A stretch of 64,000 nucleotides of DNA from Escherichia coli (lineage in GTDB: Bacteria; Pseudomonadota; Gammaproteobacteria; Enterobacterales; Enterobacteriaceae), in the NCBI RefSeq assembly GCF_003019035.1, contig NZ_CP027447.1. The stretch is one strand, 5' to 3'. Both the position numbers and the translations under genes were made by a program. Every line of letters begins with the position of its first letter. Within the stretch, counting starts at the first letter, position 1. Of this stretch, positions 22,558 to 33,960 are shown piece by piece. The notes beneath the pieces were generated by a model. The model saw nothing but the letters and a program-made list of their open reading frames with translations, searched no databases and had not been told where the DNA came from.

Positions 22558-25500
22558 TCAGCTGATACTGATGCCTGCGGTGGCTTTCTTCATCACCACA
22601 ACCAGCAAATCGCTGATACTTGCTGTGGGATACCAGTCATTTACCAGCCATGCTGACACCGAAAACTCCAGCGTCATGTGGCCGTGACCAGCTGGCATAT
22701 CAATAACGCCACTGTAAATCAGCGTATTATCCAGCGCGGTACGGTTATAAATTTCAGCACCGTTTTTCCGCACTATCAGACGGCATGAGGAGTAAATATC
22801 AGTATGCTCTCTCTCATGTTTAGCACCGCTGAATGCCACCGCCGGAATAACAATCTGCCGGTCAAACGGCTGATCGTCATAAATCCTGACGGTAATGGTC
22901 CCTGATGGCCACCGCTCCGGTGCCCGGGAGTCCCGCGGGAAAGCCTTACCCACTGTTTTGACAATATCGCCTTCAATCTGGTTGGCTGACAGTTTCCCTT
23001 TAATCTGACAGTTCTCATTTATCGTAACGTTGTTGAGCGTCCCGGCGTTCGCATTCACACTGCCACTGATATCCGCATTTTTCGCCGTCAGTCGCCCGTC
23101 CGGTGTCAGGGAAAATGCCGGAGGATTACCGCCGCTGGTAATGGTGGGAGCCGTCAGATATTTCAGGAACACGTCATTCATGAATATCTGATCGCCCTGA
23201 CCAACAAACATCGGCTTTGTGTTGCCATTCGCAGGATTAATCATCGCAATCCTGTCTGCCGCCAGCAGCACCTGACTCTGCATGCCGTCGGGGGTGTTCT
23301 CAATACCGGCACCGATACCCGCAATATAAAGGCGTCCGTCCTGCATCTGCTGCAGCTTCACTGCCCACATGCTGTTCAGGTTATTATTTGTATCAACCTG
23401 AACCTTCTGTATCTGCTGGATCGCTGCACTCTGGTCTTCCAGTTTCTTATTGACGGTCTGTGTTATTTCATTGCTGACATCCGTTATGGACGTCCTGATT
23501 TCAGTCAGGTCAGGCGCAAGCTGACCGTTATCAATCTGCGTCCACAGCTCCTGAGCCAGATGGGTTTTCCCTATCTCGCCTTTGAAAAAATCCAGATAGC
23601 CGGATGCATCATCACTCGGCTGACCAACAGCCTCCACGAATGCCGATTTGCCAACGGTGTTCACACTGCGAACATAAAAATAATAATCATGGCCCGGTTT
23701 GATATTGATACTGGCGGCTATCCAGTACAGCGCCGTACCAAGATAACGCGCGCTGGTTTCAACCTGCCTGATATCAGCAATCCGTTTTTCCGAGAACCAG
23801 AACTCAAACTGTACCGTCGGATCATAAACCGCAAGATGCGGCGTGGCGGTTATCTGAAAATAGCCCGGCGTCAGCTCAATCCGCGACGGCGCTGCCGGTG
23901 CGGCAATCCGGAACGATACCGACGCCGGATCGCCCTGCTGCCCCCACGCATTTACTGCCCGGACTGTCAGCCTGTAGTTCCCCAGAGCCAGTTGTGTGAA
24001 GCGGTAAGTGGTTTCCGTCGTCCGGGCCGTGCTGACCAGCCGCTCACTGCCGTCATCCGCTGCCACGGTCAGGCGAAGCAGGAAGCTCACGCCCTTCACC
24101 ACCTTCGGTGTGTCCCATCGCGCCAGCACCTGATATTCCCCGCTGTCTGCAGTGACTTCTGCGGTCAGGTGCTGCACTGCTGGCGGCGTGACACCATTCA
24201 CCGTGCCGCTCTGGTCACCGTCAAAGTGCGCCCCGTTATCCACGATGGCTTCTTTCTCCGGTACATGCTGCACGGCAGTGATGGCATACGTACCGTCATC
24301 GTTCTCACGGATACTCACACAGCGGAACAGACGCTGGCGCAGCGTCGGCAGCTTCAGCCCCCATACGCTGTATTCAGCAACACCGTCAGGAACACGGCTC
24401 ACTTTTACCTTCACGCCGTCGGTGACGGACTGAACCTCCACGCTGACCGGATTGCCACTTCCGTCAACCAGGCTTATCAGCGTGGTACCGGAGGATGGCA
24501 GCGTGATTTCACGGTCGAGCGTCAGCGTCCGGGTCTGGCTGTTCACCGCCAGCACGCGACCACCGATGCTGATACCGGCATAGTCATCATCACAGATTTC
24601 AATGACATCGCCCGGTACATGGCGAAGCCCTTCTGCGCCCACGCTGAAGTCCACGGTCTGCGTTTCCAGCAGTTCCGTTTTAATCAGCCACAGCCCGGCG
24701 CGGTGCGCCTGCCCCCGGCTGGTACAGCCAAAAGCATCCATCTTCGTGACGTTACGACCGTAACGGGCAATGGCCTGCGTGTCCTCCACAAGCTCTGTTG
24801 CCGTTTCCCAGCCGTTATCCGGGTCAATCCAGTTCACTTCAACGGCATTATGGCGGTCCTTCAGGGCGCTGAAGCTGTAGCGGAACGGCGCGCCATCATC
24901 CGGCATCACCACATTACTGCGGTTATAGGTCCACACCTTATCCGACGGTCGGTCCTGCACGAACGTCAGCGTCTGCCCGTTCCATACCGGCATACAGCGC
25001 ATCGCCGAGCAGAAATCACTGAGCACATCCCACGCCTTGCGCTGTGTGGTCAGGTACGCATTACAGGTAATGCGCGGCTCCGTGCCGCCAAAGCCGTCCG
25101 GCACCGACTGGTCGCAGTACTGGCCGATGACATACAGCGCCCATTTATCCACATCCGCCGCACCAAGACGTTTCCCCATGCCGTAGCGCGGATGGGTCAG
25201 CATATCCCACAGACACCAGGCCATGTTGTTGCTGTATGCTGGCTTAAACGTTCCGTCCCAGATACCGCTGTATTGCCGCGTCAGCGGGTTATAGTTCGAC
25301 GGCACCTGCAGAATACGCCCGCGCAGATGATAATTACGGCTCACCTGCTGGCTGCCGAACTGCTCCGAGTCCACCTGCACGCCGACCAGTGCCGTGTTCG
25401 GGTAGCACTGTTTCACATCGATGATTTCGGTGTATGACGACCAGAGCGTTTTGTTCTGCAGCTGGTCTGTAGTGCTGTCCGGCGTCATCCTGCGCATCCG

Positions 25501-26037
25501 GATACTGAACGGGCGCGGCGGCAGGTTACCCACCACCACCGAGGCCAGATACTGTGAGGTGGTTTTGCCTTTAATGGTGATGTCTTTTTCCGTCACCCAG
25601 CCACCGTTACGTTGTATCTGAACCAGCAGGCGGACTTCCGACGGATTCCGGTCACCCTTTGAGGTGGTTTCCACCAGTGCCTGCACACCAAAGGTAAAGC
25701 GCAGACGGTCGATATTTGCAGACGTGATGGTGCGGGTTATCGGCGTGTCGTATTTCACTTCCGTACCCAGCACCGTCTCGGAGCCGGAGGATTCAAAACC
25801 CTCCGGCGGTGTCTGCTCCTGCTCACCGGCCCGGAACACCACCGTGACACCGGCGATGTTGGTATTCCCTTCGCTATCCAGCACCGGCGTACTGTTCAGC
25901 AGCACGCTTTTTAATCCATCCACCGGACCTTCAATCGGCCCTTCGCTGATGGCATCGATCACACTCAGTAACTGCGTGGATTTCAGGTTGTCCTTCGCTT
26001 CGCGCGGGGTATGCCCCTTACTGCTGCCTTTACCCAT
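22558..26037 (-). CDS. J: Tail tip / host specificity protein J
   Basis: ORF 22558..26082; from [33 protein letters not shown] the N-terminal two thirds match recalled lambda J; C-terminal ~300 aa diverge from my recollection of lambda J. Confidence 0.9.
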   Translation of the reverse strand: MGKGSSKGHTPREAKDNLKSTQLLSVIDAISEGPIEGPVDGLKSVLLNSTPVLDSEGNTNIAGVTVVFRAGEQEQTPPEGFESSGSETVLGTEVKYDTPITRTITSANIDRLRFTFGVQALVETTSKGDRNPSEVRLLVQIQRNGGWVTEKDITIKGKTTSQYLASVVVGNLPPRPFSIRMRRMTPDSTTDQLQNKTLWSSYTEIIDVKQCYPNTALVGVQVDSEQFGSQQVSRNYHLRGRILQVPSNYNPLTRQYSGIWDGTFKPAYSNNMAWCLWDMLTHPRYGMGKRLGAADVDKWALYVIGQYCDQSVPDGFGGTEPRITCNAYLTTQRKAWDVLSDFCSAMRCMPVWNGQTLTFVQDRPSDKVWTYNRSNVVMPDDGAPFRYSFSALKDRHNAVEVNWIDPDNGWETATELVEDTQAIARYGRNVTKMDAFGCTSRGQAHRAGLWLIKTELLETQTVDFSVGAEGLRHVPGDVIEICDDDYAGISIGGRVLAVNSQTRTLTLDREITLPSSGTTLISLVDGSGNPVSVEVQSVTDGVKVKVSRVPDGVAEYSVWGLKLPTLRQRLFRCVSIRENDDGTYAITAVQHVPEKEAIVDNGAHFDGDQSGTVNGVTPPAVQHLTAEVTADSGEYQVLARWDTPKVVKGVSFLLRLTVAADDGSERLVSTARTTETTYRFTQLALGNYRLTVRAVNAWGQQGDPASVSFRIAAPAAPSRIELTPGYFQITATPHLAVYDPTVQFEFWFSEKRIADIRQVETSARYLGTALYWIAASINIKPGHDYYFYVRSVNTVGKSAFVEAVGQPSDDASGYLDFFKGEIGKTHLAQELWTQIDNGQLAPDLTEIRTSITDVSNEITQTVNKKLEDQSAAIQQIQKVQVDTNNNLNSMWAVKLQQMQDGRLYIAGIGAGIENTPDGMQSQVLLAADRIAMINPANGNTKPMFVGQGDQIFMNDVFLKYLTAPTITSGGNPPAFSLTPDGRLTAKNADISGSVNANAGTLNNVTINENCQIKGKLSANQIEGDIVKTVGKAFPRDSRAPERWPSGTITVRIYDDQPFDRQIVIPAVAFSGAKHEREHTDIYSSCRLIVRKNGAEIYNRTALDNTLIYSGVIDMPAGHGHMTLEFSVSAWLVNDWYPTASISDLLVVVMKKATAGISIS

Positions 26038-26097
26038 TCCTAACGCTCCATAAACGACAAAACCGCCCGGAGGCGGTTTCACATAAAATATTTTGCA

Positions 26098-26769
26098 TCA
26101 GCGACCAATCACCACAACCTGACCACCATCCCCTTCGTCTGCCGTGCTGATTTCCTGAGAAACCACACGTGACCCCACGCGCATTTTCCCGTACAGAACA
26201 GGCAGAACATTGCCCTGGGCAACCATGTTATCCAGTGAGGAGAAATAGGTGTTCTGCTTACCGTTATCCGTTGTCTGTGTACGGGGAGTTCTGGCTTTCG
26301 GTGCCAGCATCTGCGCCACACCACCAAGTACCATACTGGCACCGAGAGAAAACAGGATACCGGTCATACCACCGGCCCCAATGGCTGCCCCCCATGCTGC
26401 AAGGGTGGCTCCGGCAGTAAAGAATGATCCGGCAATGGCGGCAGCCCCCAGAACAATCTGGAATACGCCCCCTGACTTAGCCCCGGCGACTCTGGGAACA
26501 ATATGAATCACAGCGCCGTCAGGCAGAGTCTCATGTAACTGCGCCGTTAACCCGGACGTGCTGACGTCCCGCCCGGCAATCCGTACCTGATACCAGCCGT
26601 TGCTCAGTTTCTGACGAAACGCCGGGAGCTGTGTGGCCAGTGCGCGGATAGCTTCAGCCCCCGTTTTCACACGAAGGTCGATGCGGCGGCCAAATCGTTG
26701 TAAATCCCCGTAAAGGCAGATGCGCGCCATGCCCGGTGACGCCAGAGGGAGTGTGTGCGTCGCTGCCAT
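26098..26769 (-). CDS. I: Tail assembly protein I
   Basis: 223 aa; matches recalled lambda I (MAATHTLPLASPGMARICLYGDLQRFG...). Confidence 0.9.
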   Translation of the reverse strand: MAATHTLPLASPGMARICLYGDLQRFGRRIDLRVKTGAEAIRALATQLPAFRQKLSNGWYQVRIAGRDVSTSGLTAQLHETLPDGAVIHIVPRVAGAKSGGVFQIVLGAAAIAGSFFTAGATLAAWGAAIGAGGMTGILFSLGASMVLGGVAQMLAPKARTPRTQTTDNGKQNTYFSSLDNMVAQGNVLPVLYGKMRVGSRVVSQEISTADEGDGGQVVVIGR

Positions 26770-27410
26770 TTGTCGGTATACCTCTCTCGTTTGCTCAGTT
26801 GTTCAGGAATATGGTGCAGCAGCTCGCCATCACCACAGTAAATGGCGGCATGATTCGGCACCGATGAACCAAAACAGCACAGCAGCACATCGCCCGGTTG
26901 TGCTGATGACAACGGCACCTGATACAGCCCTGTGGCCTCCAGATTATCCAGATAGAGATTCTGACCGTGACGCCACCAGTCATCCTCGCGATGAAAATCC
27001 GGCATCTCAATCCCCGCCAGATGATAAGCATCCCGGAACAGCGTGTAACAGTCCGTCACCCCGTGTTCAAAGCGCCGCCCGGTGAGATGCGGCACACAGC
27101 GGAACTTATGAATCGTCCCCCGGCAGACCAGCCACCACGGCAAATCACTCTGCACCTGCAGCCGCCGGTCAGCCTCACTCAGCCAGGGCAGACCACCGGG
27201 GTGGCTGTGGACCAGCGCCACAATCTCACCCTGCATTTCTGCCTGCAGCCAGTCTTCCGGCGACATACGGAAATACGCCTCCGGCTCACCGGAGATATTC
27301 ACGCAGGGGAAATATCTTTCCCCCTCCGGTGTGCTTACCACGAAGCCGCACGACTCCGCTGGCGCACATCGCCGGGCGTGCGCCAGAATCGCTGATTCTG
27401 TCTGTGTCAT
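26667..27410 (-). CDS. K: Tail assembly protein K (JAMM/MPN plus NlpC/P60 domains)
   Basis: Overlaps I as in lambda; HSHPGG JAMM motif; matches recalled lambda K. Confidence 0.9.
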   Translation of the reverse strand: MTQTESAILAHARRCAPAESCGFVVSTPEGERYFPCVNISGEPEAYFRMSPEDWLQAEMQGEIVALVHSHPGGLPWLSEADRRLQVQSDLPWWLVCRGTIHKFRCVPHLTGRRFEHGVTDCYTLFRDAYHLAGIEMPDFHREDDWWRHGQNLYLDNLEATGLYQVPLSSAQPGDVLLCCFGSSVPNHAAIYCGDGELLHHIPEQLSKRERYTDKWQRRTHSLWRHRAWRASAFTGIYNDLAAASTFV

Positions 27411-27415
27411 GGGAT

Positions 27416-28114
27416 TTACTGCGAAAGTTTGTTAATGGAAAGGAAGCCGCCAAAGTTGCCGACGTTATTGCGGAACTTACAACCGCTCAGGCATTTGCTG
27501 CATTTATCCTTCGTGATATCGGACGTTGGCTGGTCATATTCATCCGCGACAGCCGGACCGCTATAACCGCACTCGTCACCGCGATAGGTCCAGGTGCAGG
27601 TGTTGGCCAGCATGATACGTCCCGGAAAAACAGCGCCATCCGTTTCCGTCGGCGTGGACAGTACAAAGGAGGCACTCACCGCGCTCAGTTCGCTGCACTG
27701 CTCAATGCGCCAGCGGCTGATCACCTCCTGCTCCGGATCGGCGTAACTGTTTCCGTTGACGAAGTTCACCGCATCCAGAAAACGGGCGTAAACCTTACGC
27801 CGGACCACCGTTCCGCCGACCAGACTCTGCATATCTTCCGCCATCCCGGTGACCATACCGTACAGGTTAGAAACCGTCAGCGTGGGGCGCGTACTGGTGC
27901 CTTTGCCATTCAGTTCAAAACCGCTCCCCTGAATGGGATACGGCTGATACTGTCGCCCCTGCCAGGTGACCGGCTCACCTTTTTCGTTCTGCTCATTACA
28001 GAAAAAATAACGTTCTCCACCGACCTCTGTCAGGTCGATTTCCCAGAGCACCACGCTGGCCGACTGCTCCGCACGGGTGCATTCATTCAGTGTTTCCTGC
28101 CGGATATCCTGCAT
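27416..28114 (-). CDS. L: Tail tip protein L
   Basis: 232 aa; matches recalled lambda L. Confidence 0.9.
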   Translation of the reverse strand: MQDIRQETLNECTRAEQSASVVLWEIDLTEVGGERYFFCNEQNEKGEPVTWQGRQYQPYPIQGSGFELNGKGTSTRPTLTVSNLYGMVTGMAEDMQSLVGGTVVRRKVYARFLDAVNFVNGNSYADPEQEVISRWRIEQCSELSAVSASFVLSTPTETDGAVFPGRIMLANTCTWTYRGDECGYSGPAVADEYDQPTSDITKDKCSKCLSGCKFRNNVGNFGGFLSINKLSQ

Positions 28115-28443
28115 CAGTTCACCACCTGTTCAAACTCTGCGCTGAACTCAACACGCAGCATACTGACCCGCGACGACCATTTTGCGCAGGTCACCTTTAT
28201 CTGCCGCCACTCATAAGGCGGCGTCCACAGAAAGGCTTTCCAGCCCCCGTGCTCTTCCAGAAACGACTCCAGTACCGTGGCCTCCTCACGGGGGACAGAA
28301 AGCGTCACGCTGTACGTTTTCAGGTTGGCATTCAGCCCGGCAGGCGCTCGCTGGGAATAGCCATCACCAAAGCGCACCTTTCTTACAGAAGGGGCCGAAG
28401 CCACATCCATACCGGGTTTCACTTTCCAGCGGAAGGTTTTCAT
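28114..28443 (-). CDS. M: Tail tip protein M
   Basis: 109 aa; matches recalled lambda M. Confidence 0.9.
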   Translation of the reverse strand: MKTFRWKVKPGMDVASAPSVRKVRFGDGYSQRAPAGLNANLKTYSVTLSVPREEATVLESFLEEHGGWKAFLWTPPYEWRQIKVTCAKWSSRVSMLRVEFSAEFEQVVN

Positions 28444-31019
28444 CGTCCACCTCCGGAGAACAGGCCACCATCACGCATCTGTGTCTGAATTTCATCACGG
28501 GCACCCTTGCGGGCCATGTCATACACCGCCTTCAGAGCAGCCGGACCTATCTGCCCGTTCGTGCCGTCGTTGTTAATCACCACATGGTTATTCTGCTCAA
28601 ACGTCCCGGACGCCTGCGACCGGCTGTCAGCCAGACTGCCCGGTGTACCGACATAACCACCGGTGGCATAGCCGCGCATCAGCCGGTAGAGATTCCCCAC
28701 GCCAATCCGGCTGGTTGCCTCCTTCGTGAAGACAAATTCACCACGGTGAACAATCCCCGCTGGCTCATATTTGCCGCCGGTTCCCGTAAATCCTCCGGTT
28801 GCAAAATGGAATTTCGCCGCAGCGGCCTGAATGGCTGTACCGCCTGATGCGGATGCGCCGCCACCAACAGCCCCGCCAATGGCGCTGCCGATACTCCCGA
28901 CAATCCCCACCATTGCCTGCTTAAGCAGAATTTCTGTCATCATGGACAGCACGGAACGGGTGAAGCTGCGCCAGTTCTGCTCACTGCCGGTCAGCATCGC
29001 TGCCATATTCTGTGCAATACCATCAAAGGTCTGCGTGGCTGCACTTTTTACCTGCGACATACTGTCCGTGGCGCTCTCTTCCCACTCACTCCAGCCGGAC
29101 TTCAGGCCTGCCATCCAGCTCCCGCGAAGCTGGTCTTCAGCCGCCCAGGTCTTTTTCTGCTCTGACATGACGTTATTCAGCGCCAGCGGATTATCGCCAT
29201 ACTGTTCCTTCAGGCGCTGTTCCGTGGCTTCCCGTTCTGCCTGCCGGTCAGTCAGCCCCCGGCTTTTCGCATCAATGGCGGCCCGTTTTGCCCGTTGCTG
29301 CTGTGCGAATTTATCCGCCTGCTGCGCCAGCGCGTTCAGGCGCTCCTGATACGTAACCTTGTCGCCAAGTGCAGCCAGCTGGCGTTTGTACTCCAGCGTC
29401 TCATCTTTATGCGCCAGCAGGGATTTCTCCTGTGCAGACAGCTGGCGACGTTGCGCCGCCTCCTCCAGTACCGCGAACTGACTCTCCGCCTTCCACAAAT
29501 CCCGGCGCTGCTGGCTGATTTTCTCATTTGCTCCGGCATGCTTCTCCAGCGTCCGGAGTTCTGCCTGAAGCGTCAGCAGGGCAGCATGAGCACTGTCTTC
29601 CTGTCGATCGCCTGCAGACACTTTCACGCCGGACTGCTTCGGCTTTTTCAGCGTCGCTTCATAATCCTTTTTCGCTGCCGCCATCAGCGTGTTGTAATCT
29701 GCCTGCAGGATTTTCCCGTCTTTCAGTGCCTTATTCAGTTCTTCCTGACGGGCGGTATATTTCTCCAGCGGCGTCTGCAGGCGTTCGTAAGCCTTCTGCG
29801 CCTCTTCGGTATATTTCAGCCGTGATGCCTCAGACTCGGCCCAGTCCTTTGCTGCCATCTCTCTGGCCTTTTCAAGATCGGCCTGCAACGTGGCGGCTGA
29901 AAGCCCAAGTTGCGCATTCGCTCTGTCCTCCCATGCTCCCCGGAGATTGGCAAGAAATGCGGATGTTTTACCGCGCCGGTGGCTCCGGCTCTGATACCAC
30001 TGCCATTTTTTGTCCGCCTCATCAAAAGCCTTTTCTGCTTTCTCCAGCATTTCCCGGGCAGTGTCCGGGCGACCAATATCCAGCACCGAATCCCACATGG
30101 ATTTGAATGCCCGTGCTGTCCTGTCTGCCCAGGTCTCCAGCGTGCCCATGTTCTCTTTCAGGCGGCGGGTCTGGTCATCAAACCCTTTCGTTGCGGCCTC
30201 GTTCGCCGCCTGCAATGCCCCGGCTTCATCTCCGGAACGCTGCAACTGAGCAACATACGCAATCTGCTCCGCCGTCACGTTATGGAACTGACGTGCCATC
30301 GCTGTCAGTCCCGACGTCGGGTCTGTGGTCAGCTTCCCGAAGGCTTCAGCGACCTTGTCCACCTCCACGCCGGATGCAGAGGAGAAACGCGCCACACTCT
30401 GGCTGATCGCCTCAAACTGCTCACCACCACGCACACCGGCATTCACCAGCGCCGTCAGTGACTCGCTGGTCTGGTTAAACGTCAGCCCTGCCGCCTGCCC
30501 GGCTCTGGACAGGGCCAGAATACGATCTGCCGTCAGTCCCGCCTGATTGCCGGAAAGGACCAGCGTTTTGTTGAAATCGGACAGGGTTGAGTTGCCCTGA
30601 TACCAGGCATACGCCAGCGCACCGGTCGCCACCGCCAGCGAGGTGGCCCCCACCATCGGCAGGGTGATCGCACCGGCAAGCCCCCTGAACATGGGGATCA
30701 TCCCGCCGAAGGAGTCCTTAACCTGACCACCCTGTTGCAGCAGGATCAGCCACGGACTTTGCCCGCCTGCAAGCTGCGTGGCCACGTCGGTGAACTGTGC
30801 AGGCAGCATACGCATGGCGGCTTTGTACTGCCCGACGGAAATCCCCGCTTTCTGTGCAGCCAGCGCCTGTCGGCTCAGCGACTGTTCAACGACTGCCGCT
30901 GTTTTTTTCGCATCACTTTCCGTACCGGAAAAATGACGCCTGACTCTGGCCATCTGCTCGTCAAATCTGGCCGCATCCAGACTCAAATCAACGACCAGAT
31001 CGCCTACCGGTTCAGCCAT
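28440..31019 (-). CDS. H: Tail tape measure protein H
   Basis: 859 aa; matches recalled lambda H. Confidence 0.9.
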   Translation of the reverse strand: MAEPVGDLVVDLSLDAARFDEQMARVRRHFSGTESDAKKTAAVVEQSLSRQALAAQKAGISVGQYKAAMRMLPAQFTDVATQLAGGQSPWLILLQQGGQVKDSFGGMIPMFRGLAGAITLPMVGATSLAVATGALAYAWYQGNSTLSDFNKTLVLSGNQAGLTADRILALSRAGQAAGLTFNQTSESLTALVNAGVRGGEQFEAISQSVARFSSASGVEVDKVAEAFGKLTTDPTSGLTAMARQFHNVTAEQIAYVAQLQRSGDEAGALQAANEAATKGFDDQTRRLKENMGTLETWADRTARAFKSMWDSVLDIGRPDTAREMLEKAEKAFDEADKKWQWYQSRSHRRGKTSAFLANLRGAWEDRANAQLGLSAATLQADLEKAREMAAKDWAESEASRLKYTEEAQKAYERLQTPLEKYTARQEELNKALKDGKILQADYNTLMAAAKKDYEATLKKPKQSGVKVSAGDRQEDSAHAALLTLQAELRTLEKHAGANEKISQQRRDLWKAESQFAVLEEAAQRRQLSAQEKSLLAHKDETLEYKRQLAALGDKVTYQERLNALAQQADKFAQQQRAKRAAIDAKSRGLTDRQAEREATEQRLKEQYGDNPLALNNVMSEQKKTWAAEDQLRGSWMAGLKSGWSEWEESATDSMSQVKSAATQTFDGIAQNMAAMLTGSEQNWRSFTRSVLSMMTEILLKQAMVGIVGSIGSAIGGAVGGGASASGGTAIQAAAAKFHFATGGFTGTGGKYEPAGIVHRGEFVFTKEATSRIGVGNLYRLMRGYATGGYVGTPGSLADSRSQASGTFEQNNHVVINNDGTNGQIGPAALKAVYDMARKGARDEIQTQMRDGGLFSGGGR

Positions 31020-31446
31020 ACCGGACTCCTCCCGCGATCCCTTCTGATACTGTCATCAGCATTACGTCATCCTCCGTCATGTCCGCCACATCCGGGGAAG
31101 CGGGGATAACTTCATTCCCGTCCGGGCCAAAACGAACGCCTCCGGCAAGCCCTGCCGCTTTCTGCATCAGCACATCATCTTCAGGCTCTTCGTCAGCCTC
31201 GCGCCGGTTCAGCAGACTGAAATCCAGCGGATGCATATCCGGATCGCTGAAAAACAGGCTGAGCACGGTGTACGTCAGCCCGGAAAAGTGCATATCCAGC
31301 AGAACATCATGAAAATAATGGGTACTGTAAAAGCGGTGCCAGTCGGCATACTCCGTGGATGACATCCCGGCAAGCATGGCGCGCCAGTCGGGTCGCCCCA
31401 TCTCACGCGCCAGTTTCAGGGCAAAACTCAGCTCACCGTCGAACAC
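31012..31446 (-). CDS. T: T portion of the G-T tail assembly chaperone (expressed by -1 frameshift from G)
   Basis: ORF in the -1 frame begins at the slippery site at the end of G; matches recalled lambda T. Confidence 0.8.
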   Translation of the reverse strand: MFDGELSFALKLAREMGRPDWRAMLAGMSSTEYADWHRFYSTHYFHDVLLDMHFSGLTYTVLSLFFSDPDMHPLDFSLLNRREADEEPEDDVLMQKAAGLAGGVRFGPDGNEVIPASPDVADMTEDDVMLMTVSEGIAGGVRYG

Positions 31447-31850
31447 TTTCCCGCAGAAACAGGCTCTGCAGGCCCGGCGTCCTCTGCCTGTTCAGGAGCA
31501 TCATTCACCACAAACTCAGACATACCGGACAGCCGGTACACCACGTTTTCAGCATGAGAAATTGCCTCTGTGGGCCAGGTGGTAAGCACTTCCTGCTCAA
31601 TCTGTTTAACGGCTTCATTCATGGACGGCATCTGCGTCTTCTGCGGATGGTTATGCCACAGGGACATCGCCACCAGAAACGCGCCGGTTCTGATGGCGTC
31701 TTCCACAGTAAACTTCCGGTTGCTGTCTGACTCCGCCTGTTCTGCCTGCCGTTTCATCAGGGCGAGATGCTCAATGCGCTGCAGGGCTGACAGTTCAGAA
31801 AGCGTGACGGTCACACCGTTATGTTCAAATGATTCGGTTTTCAGGAACAT
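31428..31850 (-). CDS. G: Tail assembly chaperone G
   Basis: 140 aa; matches recalled lambda G. Confidence 0.9.
   Translation of the reverse strand: MFLKTESFEHNGVTVTLSELSALQRIEHLALMKRQAEQAESDSNRKFTVEDAIRTGAFLVAMSLWHNHPQKTQMPSMNEAVKQIEQEVLTTWPTEAISHAENVVYRLSGMSEFVVNDAPEQAEDAGPAEPVSAGKCSTVS
31446..31452 (-). promoter_or_regulatory. Programmed -1 ribosomal frameshift slippery heptamer G GGA AAG (G to G-T)
   Basis: Minus strand reads ...TCT GCG GGA AAG TGT TCG... in the G frame; same heptamer as the lambda G-T frameshift site. Confidence 0.75.
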
Positions 31851-31865
31851 CGCTGACTCTCCGGA

Positions 31866-32606
31866 TTAACTGGCGGTGACGGTAATTTCTGCAACCGCAG
31901 CAAACTCACCATTACCGGATACAACCGGAATGTTGACCTTGCCTGCAGCAACGCCGTTCACGGTGATGGTCATACCACTGACCGACACGGTGGCTTTTGT
32001 TTTATCCGCAGACACCGCACGAAAGCTCTTGTCGGTTACACCCTCCGGCTGGAAGGCCACGGTCAGCGTGGTGCTCTGCCCTTTCACCACCGAGGTGCTG
32101 GCAGGCGTCACGGTCATGCCGGTTGCCGCTGTTACCGTGCTGCGATCTTCTGCCATCGACGGACGTCCCACATTGGTGACTTTCACCGTGCGGGTGATCA
32201 CTTCCTTCGCCGTCACCGCCTTACCGATACTGCTGACCCAGCCACGGAACACATCGACCGTGCCGTTCGGGAAGCGGATTTTATAGGCACGGGTATCGCC
32301 TTCATTAAACCACGCCAGCAGCGCCTGCTGCCCCTGCTCTCCGGGCATCCACGCCAGCGTGAAGCTGGTATCTCCGGCAGATTTCTGCCCCTGCCCGGTC
32401 GCAGTCCAGTCTGCATCTTCATCATCGAGATAGCTGTCGTCATAGGACTCAGCGGTCAGTTCGCCGGGCGTCAGGTCTTTAACTTTTGCCAGACGCGACC
32501 AGTCAACGTCTGAAAGCGGATTCGCATAAGGGTCACCGCTCCCCTTATAAACCCACAGGGTGGTCCCGGCCCCTTTCACCGGCATTGTAGGATTTGGTAC
32601 AGGCAT
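31866..32606 (-). CDS. V: Major tail tube protein V
   Basis: ORF 31866..32636; from [22 protein letters not shown] matches recalled lambda V, including the C-terminal Ig-like domain. Confidence 0.9.
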
Positions 32607-32613
32607 AGCGTCC

Positions 32614-33009
32614 TCACATTTCATAGGTAATGACATAAGTCAGATCGGCTGAACTCCACAGGCCCGCATCATCGTCGCGCCGGTAGTCATAGCCGCTGGC
32701 CACCATACTGGTGATCAAATCTGACAGTGCCGGGATATCGCTCATCACCGGATAAATCCGGGACTCCATCCACGCATCCAGCTCTGAATCCGGCACCTGA
32801 GCAGGCAGGAAAACTTCGATATGCAGCTCCGCCTGCCAGGTATCGCTGTCCAGCTCTTCGCCCGTGTATTCAGCGCCGGTGAGATAAACGGCAACTGCCG
32901 GAAAATCCGCCTCATCAAAAACAGCGGGGCGACCATCAAAAAACGTCGCCCCGGTGTCATGCTTCTCCAGTGCATCCAGTACGGCTGCACGGAGTTCAGT
33001 ATGTTTCAT
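32614..33009 (-). CDS. U: Tail terminator protein U
   Basis: 131 aa; matches recalled lambda U. Confidence 0.9.
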
Positions 33010-33584
33010 CGCTTTATTACCATCCTCAGTTGATGCTGCAGCGCATAGCCCAGCTCTTTCGGAAGACGTTCACGCCGTATCCGCTCAATATTTTGTTTAA
33101 ACGCCGTGGTCAGCGGCACCGCCATCGGGATTTTCACCACATCAATGGGGTAACGGTTTTTCCCGGCCACACGCTGCATGACATGCCACCGGCCATTTTT
33201 CAGTTGCTGAATAAACGCGCCGGGAATACGACGGTTACCCACCACAAGCACGCTGCCGCCACCTTTCAGGGATGAACGCTGCCCCTTTTTACGACGCCTG
33301 CGGCGCGAAAGGACAACCCGCGCATTACCCAGCTTGATTACGGGCAAATCCCCCCGGTTAACTTTGATTCTGGCCTGCGGATTTTTGACCGTGGCCCTTT
33401 TCAGCCTGGCCCTTTCCTTTACCAGTTTCCGGCGTACCTTTGTCTCACGGGCAACCTGTGACGCCGACTGCGATATCGCGGATGAAGCAACGCGGTTAAT
33501 GGCCATTGCGGCGGCACCAGGCACCGCCGTTTTGCTGATACGGCTGAGGTTTTCAACGGCCTGCTCAAGACCTTTTATGGCCAT
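33006..33584 (-). CDS. Z: Tail completion protein Z
   Basis: 192 aa; matches recalled lambda Z. Confidence 0.9.
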   Translation of the reverse strand: MAIKGLEQAVENLSRISKTAVPGAAAMAINRVASSAISQSASQVARETKVRRKLVKERARLKRATVKNPQARIKVNRGDLPVIKLGNARVVLSRRRRRKKGQRSSLKGGGSVLVVGNRRIPGAFIQQLKNGRWHVMQRVAGKNRYPIDVVKIPMAVPLTTAFKQNIERIRRERLPKELGYALQHQLRMVIKR

Positions 33585-33595
33585 ACATCCCCCTT

Positions 33596-33949
33596 TCAGC
33601 GGCGACGGTTAACGGCAGGCGGTACGCCCCGTCCAAGCCAGAGATGACAACTTCCGCCATCATCCGGCGAAACCCGATCTACCCAGAAATTTTCCTCACC
33701 GATGGTCAGCGTGTCTCCACGCCGCAGCTGCCGCACCTCATCAGTCCGGACAAACAGGGACGGGCTGGAGCCTTCAACACGCACGCCCTGTCCGGCATAG
33801 CTGATATTTTCAGGATCATCAAAAACACCACGTATCACAGCACCGGACTGCTCACCGGATGTCATGGTGGCTGACGTTCCCATGTACCCGCGTATCGTTT
33901 CATCGGCGCGGGCAATGGCAGCATCGAACAGGTTATCGAAATCAGCCAC
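33596..33949 (-). CDS. FII: Head-tail connector protein FII
   Basis: 117 aa; matches recalled lambda FII. Confidence 0.9.
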   Translation of the reverse strand: MADFDNLFDAAIARADETIRGYMGTSATMTSGEQSGAVIRGVFDDPENISYAGQGVRVEGSSPSLFVRTDEVRQLRRGDTLTIGEENFWVDRVSPDDGGSCHLWLGRGVPPAVNRRR

Positions 33950-33960
33950 AGCGCCTCCCG

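Noticed and set aside
23560-25437. 625 aa plus-strand ORF
   Set aside because: Lies entirely antisense to the J gene; Arg/His-rich low-complexity translation typical of an open antisense frame in GC-rich coding DNA.
28831-30461. Several 60-190 aa plus-strand ORFs
   Set aside because: Antisense to the tape measure gene H; no start context, and the sense strand encodes a well-conserved protein.
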